Below are positions 1 to 9,090 of a stretch of 32,000 nt of DNA, piece after piece; the stretch's first letter is position 1, and each line of letters opens with the position of its first letter. The position numbers and the translations under genes are program-made. This DNA is from Candidatus Altimarinota bacterium (GTDB lineage: Bacteria; Patescibacteriota; Gracilibacteria; UBA1369). The stretch covers positions 60,001 through 92,000 of the forward strand of contig JBAZYK010000004.1 of NCBI GenBank assembly GCA_041659405.1. Direction: 5' to 3'. The notes beneath the pieces are model-generated. The model was given only the letters and a program-made list of their open reading frames with translations. It was not told the DNA's origin and made no database searches.

Positions 1-149
1 ATGTGTCGACTTTTCCGCTGGGACTTCCCGCGAAAAGCCGATCAAAAAAATATTGTTAATGAATGCGAAGATTTCCGCATCCATGTTCACCAAAACTCTA
101 GCAAATGCAGATCAAAAAATCTAATTTTATGTCTTGAAATTCGCCGAAA

Positions 150-288
150 AGTGCAGTGTAATATTACAGTGATTTAGCGCTAGAACTAAGCCAAAAAACG
201 CCTATTGCGATTCAGACATTTCGTGATGTAATATTACATGATTTTGTTCCTCGTTTCGTGATGTAATATTACGCGATTTTATTGCTCA
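150..288. repeat. Three copies of a ~35-bp unit built around the palindrome TGTAATATTACA. Two adjacent near-identical units lie at 219-253 and 254-288, with a degenerate copy at about 150-180.
   Basis: An exact 19-nt direct repeat tttcgtgatgtaatattac occurs at 219-237 and 254-272. The two 35-bp units match at 30/35 positions by hand alignment. A third palindromic core lies at 157-168. The repeats sit in a 455-nt ORF-free stretch immediately 3' of the recombinase gene. Confidence 0.8.
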
Positions 289-455
289 CCCCACGACGAA
301 ACACCACGACATTGTTACTTATTTCATGACGAAACATTTCATGTAATTTTGCATCTACTAAAATTCGCATCGCCAACGTTCGCATCGCCCATCAATTCTC
401 GCCAACTTCCAATCCTCCCGCCGACCCCCAATAATATCATTTCCCCGCCGCCCAC

Positions 456-1460
456 CTACCGATGAAACTTATCATGCACTTCCTTCAAGCGCTTATTCGT
501 CACATGCGTGTAGATTTGCGTGGTTGTGATTGAAGAATGCCCCAGCATTTCCTGCACCGAACGGATATCTGCGCCATTAACCAGCATTTCCGTGGCAAAA
601 GAATGCCGCAAAACGTGTGGAGTAACTTTTTTTATGATTCCCGCCCTTCGCGCATATTGCCGCACCAAATACTCGATCATCACCGTACTTAAACGCCTTT
701 TTTCGCCCGAAGTAATATCTTCGGCTGACCATTCGGTATCGCTTCCATCGCGCCTTCCACTTCTCGCATGCCGATAATTCAAAAACAACGGCTCAAAATT
801 ATCATCGCGCATCTTTAAATAAGCTTCAATTGCCACCACCGCGTTCGCAGACAAAAACACAATCCTCGGTTTTTTGCCCTTTCCTCTAACCATAAATTCG
901 CGTCGCACCAGGTCCACCTGTGAACGATTCAAACTCGCCAATTCACTCACGCGCAAACCCGTAGAATACAAAGTTTCCATAATGGCCATGTCCCGCAAAG
1001 CCTGAACTTTGGCCGTTCCACTGACTTTTCTTGAACCATTTAACACCGCCCCAAGCCCTTTATTGACCTCTTCAAAAAGTCGCTCCAGTTCCTCGCGAGT
1101 CAAAAATTCTACAGTCCGTTCCGGAATTTTGCCGAGTTCAATTTTCTCTGGAGCAAGCGTTTCAATATCATTTTTGATGCAGTATTTCAAAAAAGCCCGC
1201 AACGCAATTACATGATAATTCTGAGTTTTGGTACTCAAAAGTTGCTGCCCTTTTTCGTCGACTAATCTGTTCAAATAAAGCCGATAAGCCTGAACTTTTT
1301 CCAGCGTGATGTCTTTAGGCGTGAAATCCTCTTTCCCCCCAGCCCAAGCCGCAAATCGCCCCAAATAATGACGGTAATTTTCAATCGTTTTCCTGGATTG
1401 ATTTTTGCCAATCTCGGCATGTTCCAAAAATCGTGTAATTATTTCCGCAAGTGTCATCAA
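456..1460 (-). CDS. Tyrosine site-specific recombinase/integrase (XerC/XerD family)
   Basis: 334-aa ORF. The C-terminal catalytic region has HVLRHSFATEML (H-x-x-R) and LGHSSITTTQIYTHV (catalytic Tyr), with the upstream Arg in YSTGLRVSEL. The N-terminal SAM-like core-binding domain (NYRHYLGRFAAW) is present. Confidence 0.9.
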   Translation of the reverse strand: MMTLAEIITRFLEHAEIGKNQSRKTIENYRHYLGRFAAWAGGKEDFTPKDITLEKVQAYRLYLNRLVDEKGQQLLSTKTQNYHVIALRAFLKYCIKNDIETLAPEKIELGKIPERTVEFLTREELERLFEEVNKGLGAVLNGSRKVSGTAKVQALRDMAIMETLYSTGLRVSELASLNRSQVDLVRREFMVRGKGKKPRIVFLSANAVVAIEAYLKMRDDNFEPLFLNYRHARSGRRDGSDTEWSAEDITSGEKRRLSTVMIEYLVRQYARRAGIIKKVTPHVLRHSFATEMLVNGADIRSVQEMLGHSSITTTQIYTHVTNKRLKEVHDKFHR

Positions 1461-1607
1461 GCAAAATTTTTAAGATCTTTTTTCTGTCACATCATATCTT
1501 AAATCTTCAAATTTTTCTGTATCTTGTACTTCTGCCCAGTCCGATCCGCTCTCTAATCATATACTCTAACTATATAAGATTATATAAGATTACCGGCAAA
1601 GATTCAT

Positions 1608-1644
1608 GCAAAAAAAGCCCGGAGGTTTTAATTCCGGGCTTTTC
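1608..1644 (-). terminator. Rho-independent terminator downstream of the 883-aa surface protein gene (bidirectional shape)
   Basis: An 8-bp GC-rich stem agcccgga (1616-1623) pairs with tccgggct (1633-1640) around a 9-nt loop. It is flanked by an A7 run on the plus strand (T7 on the minus strand) and by tttt on the other side. It lies about 75 nt past the stop at 1719. Confidence 0.75.
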
Positions 1645-1718
1645 AATCTTAGATTTACGCGCGCTTGTGTTTACGCGCGAAGTTCCCACTTTTCCCGCAC
1701 ACCATGCGTCTCCACCAT

Positions 1719-4370
1719 TTACGGTCTAATCGCGTTCATAATAATTTTCAACATTTCCGCATTGGTAATTGGATCTTCCGGAGCGAAAATATGAGGAGCC
1801 TTTCCCTGGAAAATTGTTGGGTTGTAATCCCATAATGAACGGAAGTACTGGCCTTCCCAATCAGCATTAATGTCTGTAGCAATGTTATTCGGTGCGCCGG
1901 TTCCACAACTCCAATGCCACTGTGCATGATAATAACATTCAGCAGGAGTTCTTAAGTGAAAAGTCGGATCCTTATATTTGATCATCTTGGCAAGAATTGA
2001 CGCCGCTTCCGCTCTTGTTAGCGTTGCGTAAGGTCTAAAATTTTGAGCGTTTACGATTATTCCCAAAGAATTTGCCTTGGCAATATAACCTGCCGTAACC
2101 AAATCTCCGACATTGTCATTAAATGTAGTTCCGCATTGGACATTAGTACAAGGCGTAGATGTCTGAGCCAACGCACGCATTGCCATTACCGCCACGTCTG
2201 CTCTGGTAATAGGTTGATTTGGATTAAAAAGTCCATTTGCATTTGTCACTATAACCCCCAGGTCAACAGCTTTTTTAATGATACTTTCAGCCCAATGGCC
2301 GGAAATATCAGTTGGCAAAGTTTTTGTTAATTGAGAAGTTTGTGGAGGAGTTTGCTGAGCGGCGGCATCCGCAGCGGCCTGTTTAGCAGCAGCATCTGCG
2401 GCCAATTGGGCAGCAGCGTCAGCAGCGGCCTTCTGAGCAGCTTGATCTGCGGCCTGTTGGGCAGCGACATCTGCGGCAGCCTGATCTGCGGCTTGTTTGG
2501 CAGCAGCCTGATCCGCAGCCAATTTAGCAGCGTCATCATTTGCAGCCTGTTGAGCAGCTAACTTAGCATCCGCCTCAGCTTTTAGAGCGGCTAATGCAGC
2601 AGCAGATTCAGCTTTTTGATCATCCAATGCTTTTTGGGCAGCAGCCTGTTGAGCAGCCAATTTAGCATCTGCCTCTGCTTTTTGTGCTGCCAAATCATCC
2701 GCCGCTTTTTTAATTTTAGCAGCAGCAAGATCTTTATCAGCCTGTTTTTTTGCCTCATTGCTTGCAAATTTTGCCTTACCTTCTGTTAGTGCTGATGCGT
2801 ATGCAGTAGAGGCAGCCACAGCAGCAGTCTTAACTTTAGCCGTGTTTAACTTGGCGGTATTCCAATTACCTAAAGCTGTTTTGTATATGGCTGCAACTAT
2901 TGGTGATTTATTATCAATTTTCAGGAAGTTACCATTAACAAGCCCATAAGCAAACGGCGTGTTCCAATTTGCTTCGCCAGCATCGGTACTCGCTTGTTTT
3001 GCAATATCTATTTGTTTTTGAATTTCAGCATCTGTTAATTGATTAATTGGTGGTGTTTGTACTCGTCCACCTGGTCCAGGTACTGCAGTCCTAGAAGCTC
3101 CTATAATAATAACAGGAGCATTTTTAATTACAGACAATGCCGCCTTTGCTTTTTTTGCAGCATCTTCAGCAATTTTTAGATATCCAGCTATTTCTGCTGT
3201 TTTTTGGGTAACTATAGTTGCAGCAGCTTGTGCAGCAGTCAAGGCCGCGGCGCTACCAGTGAGTGTGACCTCAATATAACTAGCAGTTACACTTAGTTTA
3301 TCTGGATTTTTTTGAAAATAATCTTTGAATGTTGTTCCTTCATAATTAAACACAATTTTTGGAGCGATATCTGCAGTTTTTGCGCCATCCGGATTTGATT
3401 GAGAATAAGTTTTAGTGTGATTTGTACTAATTTTCTTACCATCAGCATCAACCCAGACATATTCTTTTACACTAAAATTACCTGAAGTATCAGTAGTATT
3501 TTCCCAAAGAACTGTGTATCCATCCTTTTGTACTTTTCCTACAGCTGTTACTTTTGGTGGTGTAGGTGGCATTTCCAAATTAAGAGAACAATTGGTTTCA
3601 GTATAATAGGCATTGGCAGGAGTTGTTCCAGCGCCCGTTTTTATATCATAATTCCAGTCGGAATATATAATGGCTCCAGATAAAGTAGCTGTTACTTTTG
3701 TACTATCTTTAGGATAGGTAACCTTAATTGCTTTTCCACCAATCGATTGATCAACTATAGTACCATGACTGTTTGTGGCTGAAGCCCAGCCATTTGCCTG
3801 ATCCTGATGAGGACCACCTGGTTGGTTCAGGCTGCGCACCCAACCAACATCTACGATATGATCAGTTCCATCATTATTCTTTGAATATGCTCCAAGAGCT
3901 TCCCACCCAAAATACAGTACTTTAAAATGTTCTTGAATATCATTCATAGGTATTAGTGGAGTATTAGCTATAATTTGCGAAACACCATTGCCTGTCCAAA
4001 TAACATCTATTGATCCGTCTAGATTACGTTTATCAGCTGGTTTTCCTGAACATTGCATTACTAAACTACCACCACCCCAGGCGTTCGGCCAACCTCCATA
4101 ATAACCAGATTCCACACTGTTTCCTTTCAATGAGCCAATTTTCACCCCCAATGAGTTATCCAACTGCCCCTTAAACAAACTTCCTCTATTCAAATAAACT
4201 GCTGGAACTGTGATTCCAACAATCAAAGCGCCCAACACAATGTAGGCAATAATTTTTTGTTTTTTGGTTGGCTTTTTTACGGCCTTTTTTATTTGATCCA
4301 TGAGTTCTTTTATTTTTTGCATATATTTTTGTGTTAGAGGTTTTTTAAATAAATCATAACATTGTAACAC
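1719..4370 (-). CDS. Large cell-surface protein: N-terminal membrane anchor or signal, globular region, Ala/Gln/Lys-rich coiled-coil stalk, C-terminal SLH-like wall-anchor modules
   Basis: 883-aa ORF. There is a hydrophobic segment IIAYIVLGALIVGITVPAV near the N-terminus. A low-complexity AAQQAADQAA/KAEADAKLAAQQAA region is encoded at about 2330-2760. SLH-like motifs include ISGHWAESIIKKAVDLGVI...FNPNQPITRADVAVMAMRAL. An alternative start at 4322 (MQKIKEL) is possible. Confidence 0.85.
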   Translation of the reverse strand: MLQCYDLFKKPLTQKYMQKIKELMDQIKKAVKKPTKKQKIIAYIVLGALIVGITVPAVYLNRGSLFKGQLDNSLGVKIGSLKGNSVESGYYGGWPNAWGGGSLVMQCSGKPADKRNLDGSIDVIWTGNGVSQIIANTPLIPMNDIQEHFKVLYFGWEALGAYSKNNDGTDHIVDVGWVRSLNQPGGPHQDQANGWASATNSHGTIVDQSIGGKAIKVTYPKDSTKVTATLSGAIIYSDWNYDIKTGAGTTPANAYYTETNCSLNLEMPPTPPKVTAVGKVQKDGYTVLWENTTDTSGNFSVKEYVWVDADGKKISTNHTKTYSQSNPDGAKTADIAPKIVFNYEGTTFKDYFQKNPDKLSVTASYIEVTLTGSAAALTAAQAAATIVTQKTAEIAGYLKIAEDAAKKAKAALSVIKNAPVIIIGASRTAVPGPGGRVQTPPINQLTDAEIQKQIDIAKQASTDAGEANWNTPFAYGLVNGNFLKIDNKSPIVAAIYKTALGNWNTAKLNTAKVKTAAVAASTAYASALTEGKAKFASNEAKKQADKDLAAAKIKKAADDLAAQKAEADAKLAAQQAAAQKALDDQKAESAAALAALKAEADAKLAAQQAANDDAAKLAADQAAAKQAADQAAADVAAQQAADQAAQKAAADAAAQLAADAAAKQAAADAAAQQTPPQTSQLTKTLPTDISGHWAESIIKKAVDLGVIVTNANGLFNPNQPITRADVAVMAMRALAQTSTPCTNVQCGTTFNDNVGDLVTAGYIAKANSLGIIVNAQNFRPYATLTRAEAASILAKMIKYKDPTFHLRTPAECYYHAQWHWSCGTGAPNNIATDINADWEGQYFRSLWDYNPTIFQGKAPHIFAPEDPITNAEMLKIIMNAIRP

Positions 4371-4408
4371 GTTTGGGATTTTTGTTCAATCCAAATTTAG
4401 GATTTGCC

Positions 4409-5536
4409 TCAAATCAATTCCCAAATATTGGCTTTGTTGATGACTTTTATGTCTGTGCCCGGGTAGGCGGCAATAAATTCTTTTGGGATTTTATATTTTT
4501 TTTCGCCCCATTTGAATTCAAAAGCTTTTAGCTTTCCGCCTTCTTCTTCCAGATAATCGATTTCTTTTTGATCCTGTGTTCTCCAAAAATAAGTGTTGAC
4601 CAATTTGCGATTAAAAGTGTTGGCCTTGGCTCTTTCCGCAATACAAAAATTTTCCCACATGGCTCCAACATCTGTTCTTAAAGCTAGTTCGTTGAAATTT
4701 TTTATCAGACTATTGCGAATTCCAAGGTCATAAAAATAGATTTTACGCATTTTACTTATTTCTTTTCGCAGATTTCTACTAAACGGATTTAGGCGGAATA
4801 TGACAAAAGATTTTTCGAGAATTTGGATGTATTTTTCGACAGTTATTTTGTTTATCTTCAGTAAGTTGGCAAGTTCGGTATAGGAAACTTCCTGTCCTAG
4901 TTGCAGGGCAAGTGCCTGCAATAATTTTTGTAAAATCTCGGGATTTTTCAGTTTTTCAAACGCGAGTATATCTTTATAAAGATAATTTTGGGCAATTGCG
5001 GAAATGATTTCCGGAGCTTCCACAGGGCTTGAATTGATAACTTTTGGATAATTTCCAAATCTTAAAAATCTTTCAAACAGTCTCGAAAGTTCAATTTCGG
5101 AATATTGCTGTTTCAATTCCAGAAGTGAAATAGGGTAGAGCCTGAATTCAATTGATCTGCCTGTTAACGGCTCCGATATGTGATTACTCAGGTCAAAACT
5201 TGATGATCCCGTAGCTATTATCTGAATTTCAGGAAAGTTATCAACCAGAAGCTTCAAAGTAATTCCGATGTCTCTCACCCTTTGCGCTTCATCAATTACA
5301 ATCAATTTTTTATCTCCGATTATTTGTTTTAATTCGGTAGAGGTTTTATTTTCCAGGGATTGTTTTATGTCCGGCTCATCACAGTTAAGATAAAGTGATC
5401 CGCCAATTTGATGTTTTTTCAATAAATCTTTGCTAAGTGTGGTTTTTCCAACCTGTCGGGCTCCATAAATTATGATAATTTTGCCTTTAAAAAGTTGTTT
5501 TTCGATGAGTGGTTCAATTGCTCTATTAAAATTCAT
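4409..5536 (-). CDS. AAA-family ATPase with a DUF4143-type C-terminal domain
   Basis: Walker A in IIIIYGARQVGKTTL and Walker B-like LIVIDEAQ, with the overall layout typical of the AAA+DUF4143 family. I place the start at the internal Met (MNFNRAIEPL, ATG at 5536). The longer ORF to 5803 adds 89 unconserved-looking residues and overlaps the divergent gene starting at 5745. Confidence 0.8.
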   Translation of the reverse strand: MNFNRAIEPLIEKQLFKGKIIIIYGARQVGKTTLSKDLLKKHQIGGSLYLNCDEPDIKQSLENKTSTELKQIIGDKKLIVIDEAQRVRDIGITLKLLVDNFPEIQIIATGSSSFDLSNHISEPLTGRSIEFRLYPISLLELKQQYSEIELSRLFERFLRFGNYPKVINSSPVEAPEIISAIAQNYLYKDILAFEKLKNPEILQKLLQALALQLGQEVSYTELANLLKINKITVEKYIQILEKSFVIFRLNPFSRNLRKEISKMRKIYFYDLGIRNSLIKNFNELALRTDVGAMWENFCIAERAKANTFNRKLVNTYFWRTQDQKEIDYLEEEGGKLKAFEFKWGEKKYKIPKEFIAAYPGTDIKVINKANIWELI

Positions 5537-5744
5537 ATAAGTTGGGTTACTTAAGTGACTCAATTGTATACTATTTGCGTCACTGGCGCAAGTTTTTGTT
5601 CTAAATTTTTCTATTACGCACGAAGTGCCTACCTCTACCGCGAGTAAAGCGAGCTCCTTATTCCATGCCAAGCCAAAAATCGCCTGATTCTCTTTGCCAA
5701 AATCCCCAAAATTTGCTAAAATATAGGGATTTAAAACAAAAATC

Positions 5745-8700
5745 ATGCGCCTTTCCGGATTAAAAACAGATTTCAAAAAATTTTTCAGCCGAAAAGATAA
5801 CATTATCTACACGGTTGGAATGGTCTTATTGGTTGGTGTAGCTGCCGCTTCATTTTTGGTTTCAAGGGTGTCAAATATTGGCCCTAATCTAAAAGGTGAG
5901 CAGATCGATTTTAATGCAAGTTACCTTTCCTGTACAGGTACTCCAAATCCAAAGGATCCATCAATTACCTGGACCGCCGTATTGATATCGGGAAATGGAG
6001 ATGTGACTCCACTCCTTGCAGACCTTCCCGGCACGACCATCGCGTGGCAATTTGATGGCGAGGCCTATTCTAAGTACGGGGTCTCAACAACAGTTGATTA
6101 CGTCCTTGATGATCCGGGATACCAGCCTAAAACATGGACTGCTCAACCAACAATGAGTGGCCTTTTATCAATGACGGGCACCGCTTGTAAAACAGACTTG
6201 GCAAAAGTAAAACCAAATCTCAAATATACCTGCGAAGCAAAGCAAAAAGGAAAAACCGTAGACGATCAAAACCCTGCAACAACGGTAGACGGCGTTGTGT
6301 CTTTTGATGTTGCGCCAAGAGATGATGAAAACTTAAACTATCTCCCCATCGAATCACCGCTGATAGGCAACCAGGTAGGAATTATCAAATCAACGATTGA
6401 TGTTATAACAACCGATAAAGGCTGCGGAAATGACAAGGCTTGTCTCGCTAAAACCACTACCAGCACCAAAGTACCTTGCAGTTTTAAATTACTCGGCCCA
6501 CCACCGGCTCCGGGTGGAATATGTACAGTCAACGGAGGCACAAAAGCAATTACCGACGCAAAATATAACGATACGGTAACTTTTAATTTGGATAAACTTA
6601 CAGCAAACAGTCCCGGTGCCACTCAAACTATTAATTGGTCGGGATTTCCTGTTGCGGCAGACGCAAGTAAATACGCACTATTGCCAACTTTTAAATATAG
6701 TTTTACCAAATCGGGAGAGCACACCATCAAAGCAAAAATCACAAGAAAAGATTTGATTGCAAATCTTACTTCGGAAACAACCGTAATTTGTCCGACTGTC
6801 AAGGTCGCTATGCTCGCTAATAACAATAACAATCCTGGAAACGTTAATTTAGGCAATATTTCGGACCAGCCCGCTGGACAGGCGCAAATAAACGGCCCGG
6901 CAACCGCCATGACCTGCGCCGGAAAAGTTGATAATAAGTCTACACTGGTGCGCTGGACAGCAACTTTAAACGGAAAACAGCCTGCGAATTCCAAAGCCTC
7001 CTGGAAAGATGGTTCCGGGACTCCGGGTTTAAATTTTGGGACACTTCTAAATGCAGAAAAAATTGTTTACAAGGTCGCCGATTTGCAAAAAAACAAAGGG
7101 GCTTCCGTGAAAGTAGACTTATATTCAGTGGACCCGGTTACAAAGAAGCTTCTAAAACCTATCTCGGGGTTATCAGCCACCTGCTCTTTAACTTTGGGTG
7201 ATTTTGGAAGTGCTATTCCAATTCCGGCCGATGCCCCAAAAATTACTTCCTGTAAAGGTACTCAGACAAGCCAAAATGGAGATGATGTTCAAGTTGTCTG
7301 GTCAGCGGAAGCGGATGATAAACTTTTACCAACAGACGTATTTCTTTGGGGAGGAAAGGGTGTGCCAAAATCTACCATGGGCCAACAATCAGCACCAGTC
7401 ACATATAAATTGGCTGATGGTTCCGCGGATGCTATGGTATTCCTTACCCGTAATGGGCAATTTGTCGACATGACAAAGTCCCCCTGTCATGCCACTTTTC
7501 AAGCAGGCGATCAACCACCTGGAGGCGATCAACCACCGGGAGGTGATCAACCACCGGGGGGCGACCAACCACCGGGAGGCGACGAACCACCACCACCGGG
7601 CTCAACCCCAACGATTAACGCGCTAAACGCAGTTCAAAACAATAGCATAGTAACTTTTAGTTACAGTCTTTCAAATTCAAGCGGCAGTGCCACAATCAAC
7701 GCTCAACTTTTGGATCAATCAAAAACAGCCGTTAAAACTTGGGATCCATTAACAAATCAATCGGACGGATCAAATACTTTAATTTGGGATTCGGCCAAAG
7801 CGGGGCAATACACTTTTATAATTTCAGGGACGGATGGTGCGAACTTAATTCCCAATCAAACAAAAGATTTTATTTTTGATGACGCCGTAGCCGACCTGCC
7901 ACCCCCGGGCGACGAGCCGGTAGTTCCTCTAAGTCCAGCCAAGGACGTTGTAAATTGTACTCTTACGCAGGATACGGTGGCTCTGCAAAACAACACATCA
8001 GCAAGCCTGAATTGTACTGTTACGCCAAGCACTTATATTTCCGCATTGGTGGTGACCGGCGATGTTGATCCATCGCAATATACTTCTCCGGATCTTATTG
8101 CCGATCAAGACATCATAAAAAATGTCTACACGGATCAGCAATTTACCGACCCAAGTTTTGAAATCAGTTTTGACGGTAAGGATAAATTTGATAGCGTAGT
8201 TAGTACGGGTGATTACACTTTCTTGGTTTATGGTCGTCCCGATTCAACTTACAATTACGATATTTCCAAACAAAAATTCACGGTTGTAGAGTCTGCGCCT
8301 ATAGTAGAAAGCCAAGTCGAAAACCCGGCCCAAACTCCAGTCGAAACCTCACCGGTACAACCTGCGCAACCGACAAAAACCGTTTCAAACCTCAGCAAAT
8401 CCGGTGCGCCTTATCCAAAAGATGTTTACATTAATCATTGGGCTTATGCTTTGATCAGGGCTGCTTACGATGCCGGTTTTGTTTCCGGCTATCCTAATGG
8501 AACTTTTAGACCGGATAAGCCGGTAAAGCGTGATGAAGCGATTAAAATGGGTCTAGTCATGTTTGTTAAGCCGGCATTTTGTTACACCACCGATTGCGGA
8601 ACTCCATTCATGGACTTGAACAAATCTTTATCCCCATGGGTCCGCAAAGCCTGGGAAATGAAAATCGTAAAAGGTTATAACGATATAACTTTTGGTGCCA

Positions 8701-8996
8701 ATAATTTAATGACCAGGGGCGAAGCGGTGGCTTTTATTGCCAAACTTGCCTACGCCATGAAGATGATCCCTGAGCCATTTTATAAGGGCTGCTATACAGC
8801 CAATTGTGGCGCCGGCTACCCAAATATTTTTAAAGACATCACAAATATTGCAACCGGAGCCTATTTAAAAGAACTGCTCAACTTTAATCCAAATATTGTG
8901 CAGGGTGTATCTAAAGGAAAATTTAATCCAAACGCTCCAATCACCAGAGCCGAACTTCTAAAAATTCTTTTGAAATTAAAAGATTTCCAGCAATAA
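5745..8996 (+). CDS. Giant cell-surface protein: N-terminal TM anchor, multiple Ig-like beta-sandwich regions, Pro-rich linkers, C-terminal SLH-like wall-anchor modules
   Basis: 1083-aa ORF with hydrophobic IIYTVGMVLLVGVAAASFLV. It has a GGDQPP x4-5 linker and an Ig-like module with the motif TLIWDSAKAGQYTFIISG. SLH-like INHWAYALIRAAYDAGFVSGYPNGTFRPDKPVKRDEAIKM is present, and the C-terminal tail is similar to that of the 883-aa protein. Confidence 0.85.
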   Translation: MRLSGLKTDFKKFFSRKDNIIYTVGMVLLVGVAAASFLVSRVSNIGPNLKGEQIDFNASYLSCTGTPNPKDPSITWTAVLISGNGDVTPLLADLPGTTIAWQFDGEAYSKYGVSTTVDYVLDDPGYQPKTWTAQPTMSGLLSMTGTACKTDLAKVKPNLKYTCEAKQKGKTVDDQNPATTVDGVVSFDVAPRDDENLNYLPIESPLIGNQVGIIKSTIDVITTDKGCGNDKACLAKTTTSTKVPCSFKLLGPPPAPGGICTVNGGTKAITDAKYNDTVTFNLDKLTANSPGATQTINWSGFPVAADASKYALLPTFKYSFTKSGEHTIKAKITRKDLIANLTSETTVICPTVKVAMLANNNNNPGNVNLGNISDQPAGQAQINGPATAMTCAGKVDNKSTLVRWTATLNGKQPANSKASWKDGSGTPGLNFGTLLNAEKIVYKVADLQKNKGASVKVDLYSVDPVTKKLLKPISGLSATCSLTLGDFGSAIPIPADAPKITSCKGTQTSQNGDDVQVVWSAEADDKLLPTDVFLWGGKGVPKSTMGQQSAPVTYKLADGSADAMVFLTRNGQFVDMTKSPCHATFQAGDQPPGGDQPPGGDQPPGGDQPPGGDEPPPPGSTPTINALNAVQNNSIVTFSYSLSNSSGSATINAQLLDQSKTAVKTWDPLTNQSDGSNTLIWDSAKAGQYTFIISGTDGANLIPNQTKDFIFDDAVADLPPPGDEPVVPLSPAKDVVNCTLTQDTVALQNNTSASLNCTVTPSTYISALVVTGDVDPSQYTSPDLIADQDIIKNVYTDQQFTDPSFEISFDGKDKFDSVVSTGDYTFLVYGRPDSTYNYDISKQKFTVVESAPIVESQVENPAQTPVETSPVQPAQPTKTVSNLSKSGAPYPKDVYINHWAYALIRAAYDAGFVSGYPNGTFRPDKPVKRDEAIKMGLVMFVKPAFCYTTDCGTPFMDLNKSLSPWVRKAWEMKIVKGYNDITFGANNLMTRGEAVAFIAKLAYAMKMIPEPFYKGCYTANCGAGYPNIFKDITNIATGAYLKELLNFNPNIVQGVSKGKFNPNAPITRAELLKILLKLKDFQQ
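7506..7595 (+). repeat. Five tandem copies of an 18-bp unit (ggcgatcaaccaccggga) encoding GGDQPP
   Basis: Units at 7506-7523, 7524-7541, 7542-7559, 7560-7577 and 7578-7595 (the last is degenerate, GDEPPP). Read directly from the sequence, in frame inside the 1083-aa CDS. Confidence 0.9.
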
Positions 8997-9090
8997 ATCC
9001 ATCGCATCTGATTGCTTAAAATCGCGTTTTATTGTAATAATTTAGGGACTCCCACGTTTTAATAGCAGGAGAACTTTTTAACCCTATTTT

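Noticed and set aside
1-455. Possible tRNA/tmRNA integration target or a DnaA-box origin next to the recombinase
   Set aside because: I could find no T-loop-like GTTCRANYC element or cloverleaf-compatible segment, and no TTATCCACA-like boxes on either strand. Only the palindromic repeat cluster is reported.
1451-1794. Small plus-strand ORFs (92 and 62 aa) in the spacer between the recombinase and the surface protein
   Set aside because: They span a terminator hairpin and repeat elements, overlap the 3' end of the 883-aa gene in antisense, and have no recognisable features.
2327-2561. Two overlapping ORFs (both strands) in the gcagc-rich region
   Set aside because: They are alternative-frame readings of the Ala/Gln-rich coiled-coil-coding repeat of the 883-aa protein. 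Their Leu/Ser/Pro-rich low-complexity products are frame artefacts.
5537-5803. N-terminal 89-aa extension of the ORF-track call 4409-5803 for the AAA/DUF4143 ATPase
   Set aside because: The extension has no family-like sequence and would overlap the divergent 5745-8996 gene. The family normally begins shortly before the Walker A motif, and an ATG at 5536 (MNFNRAIEPL) gives that length.
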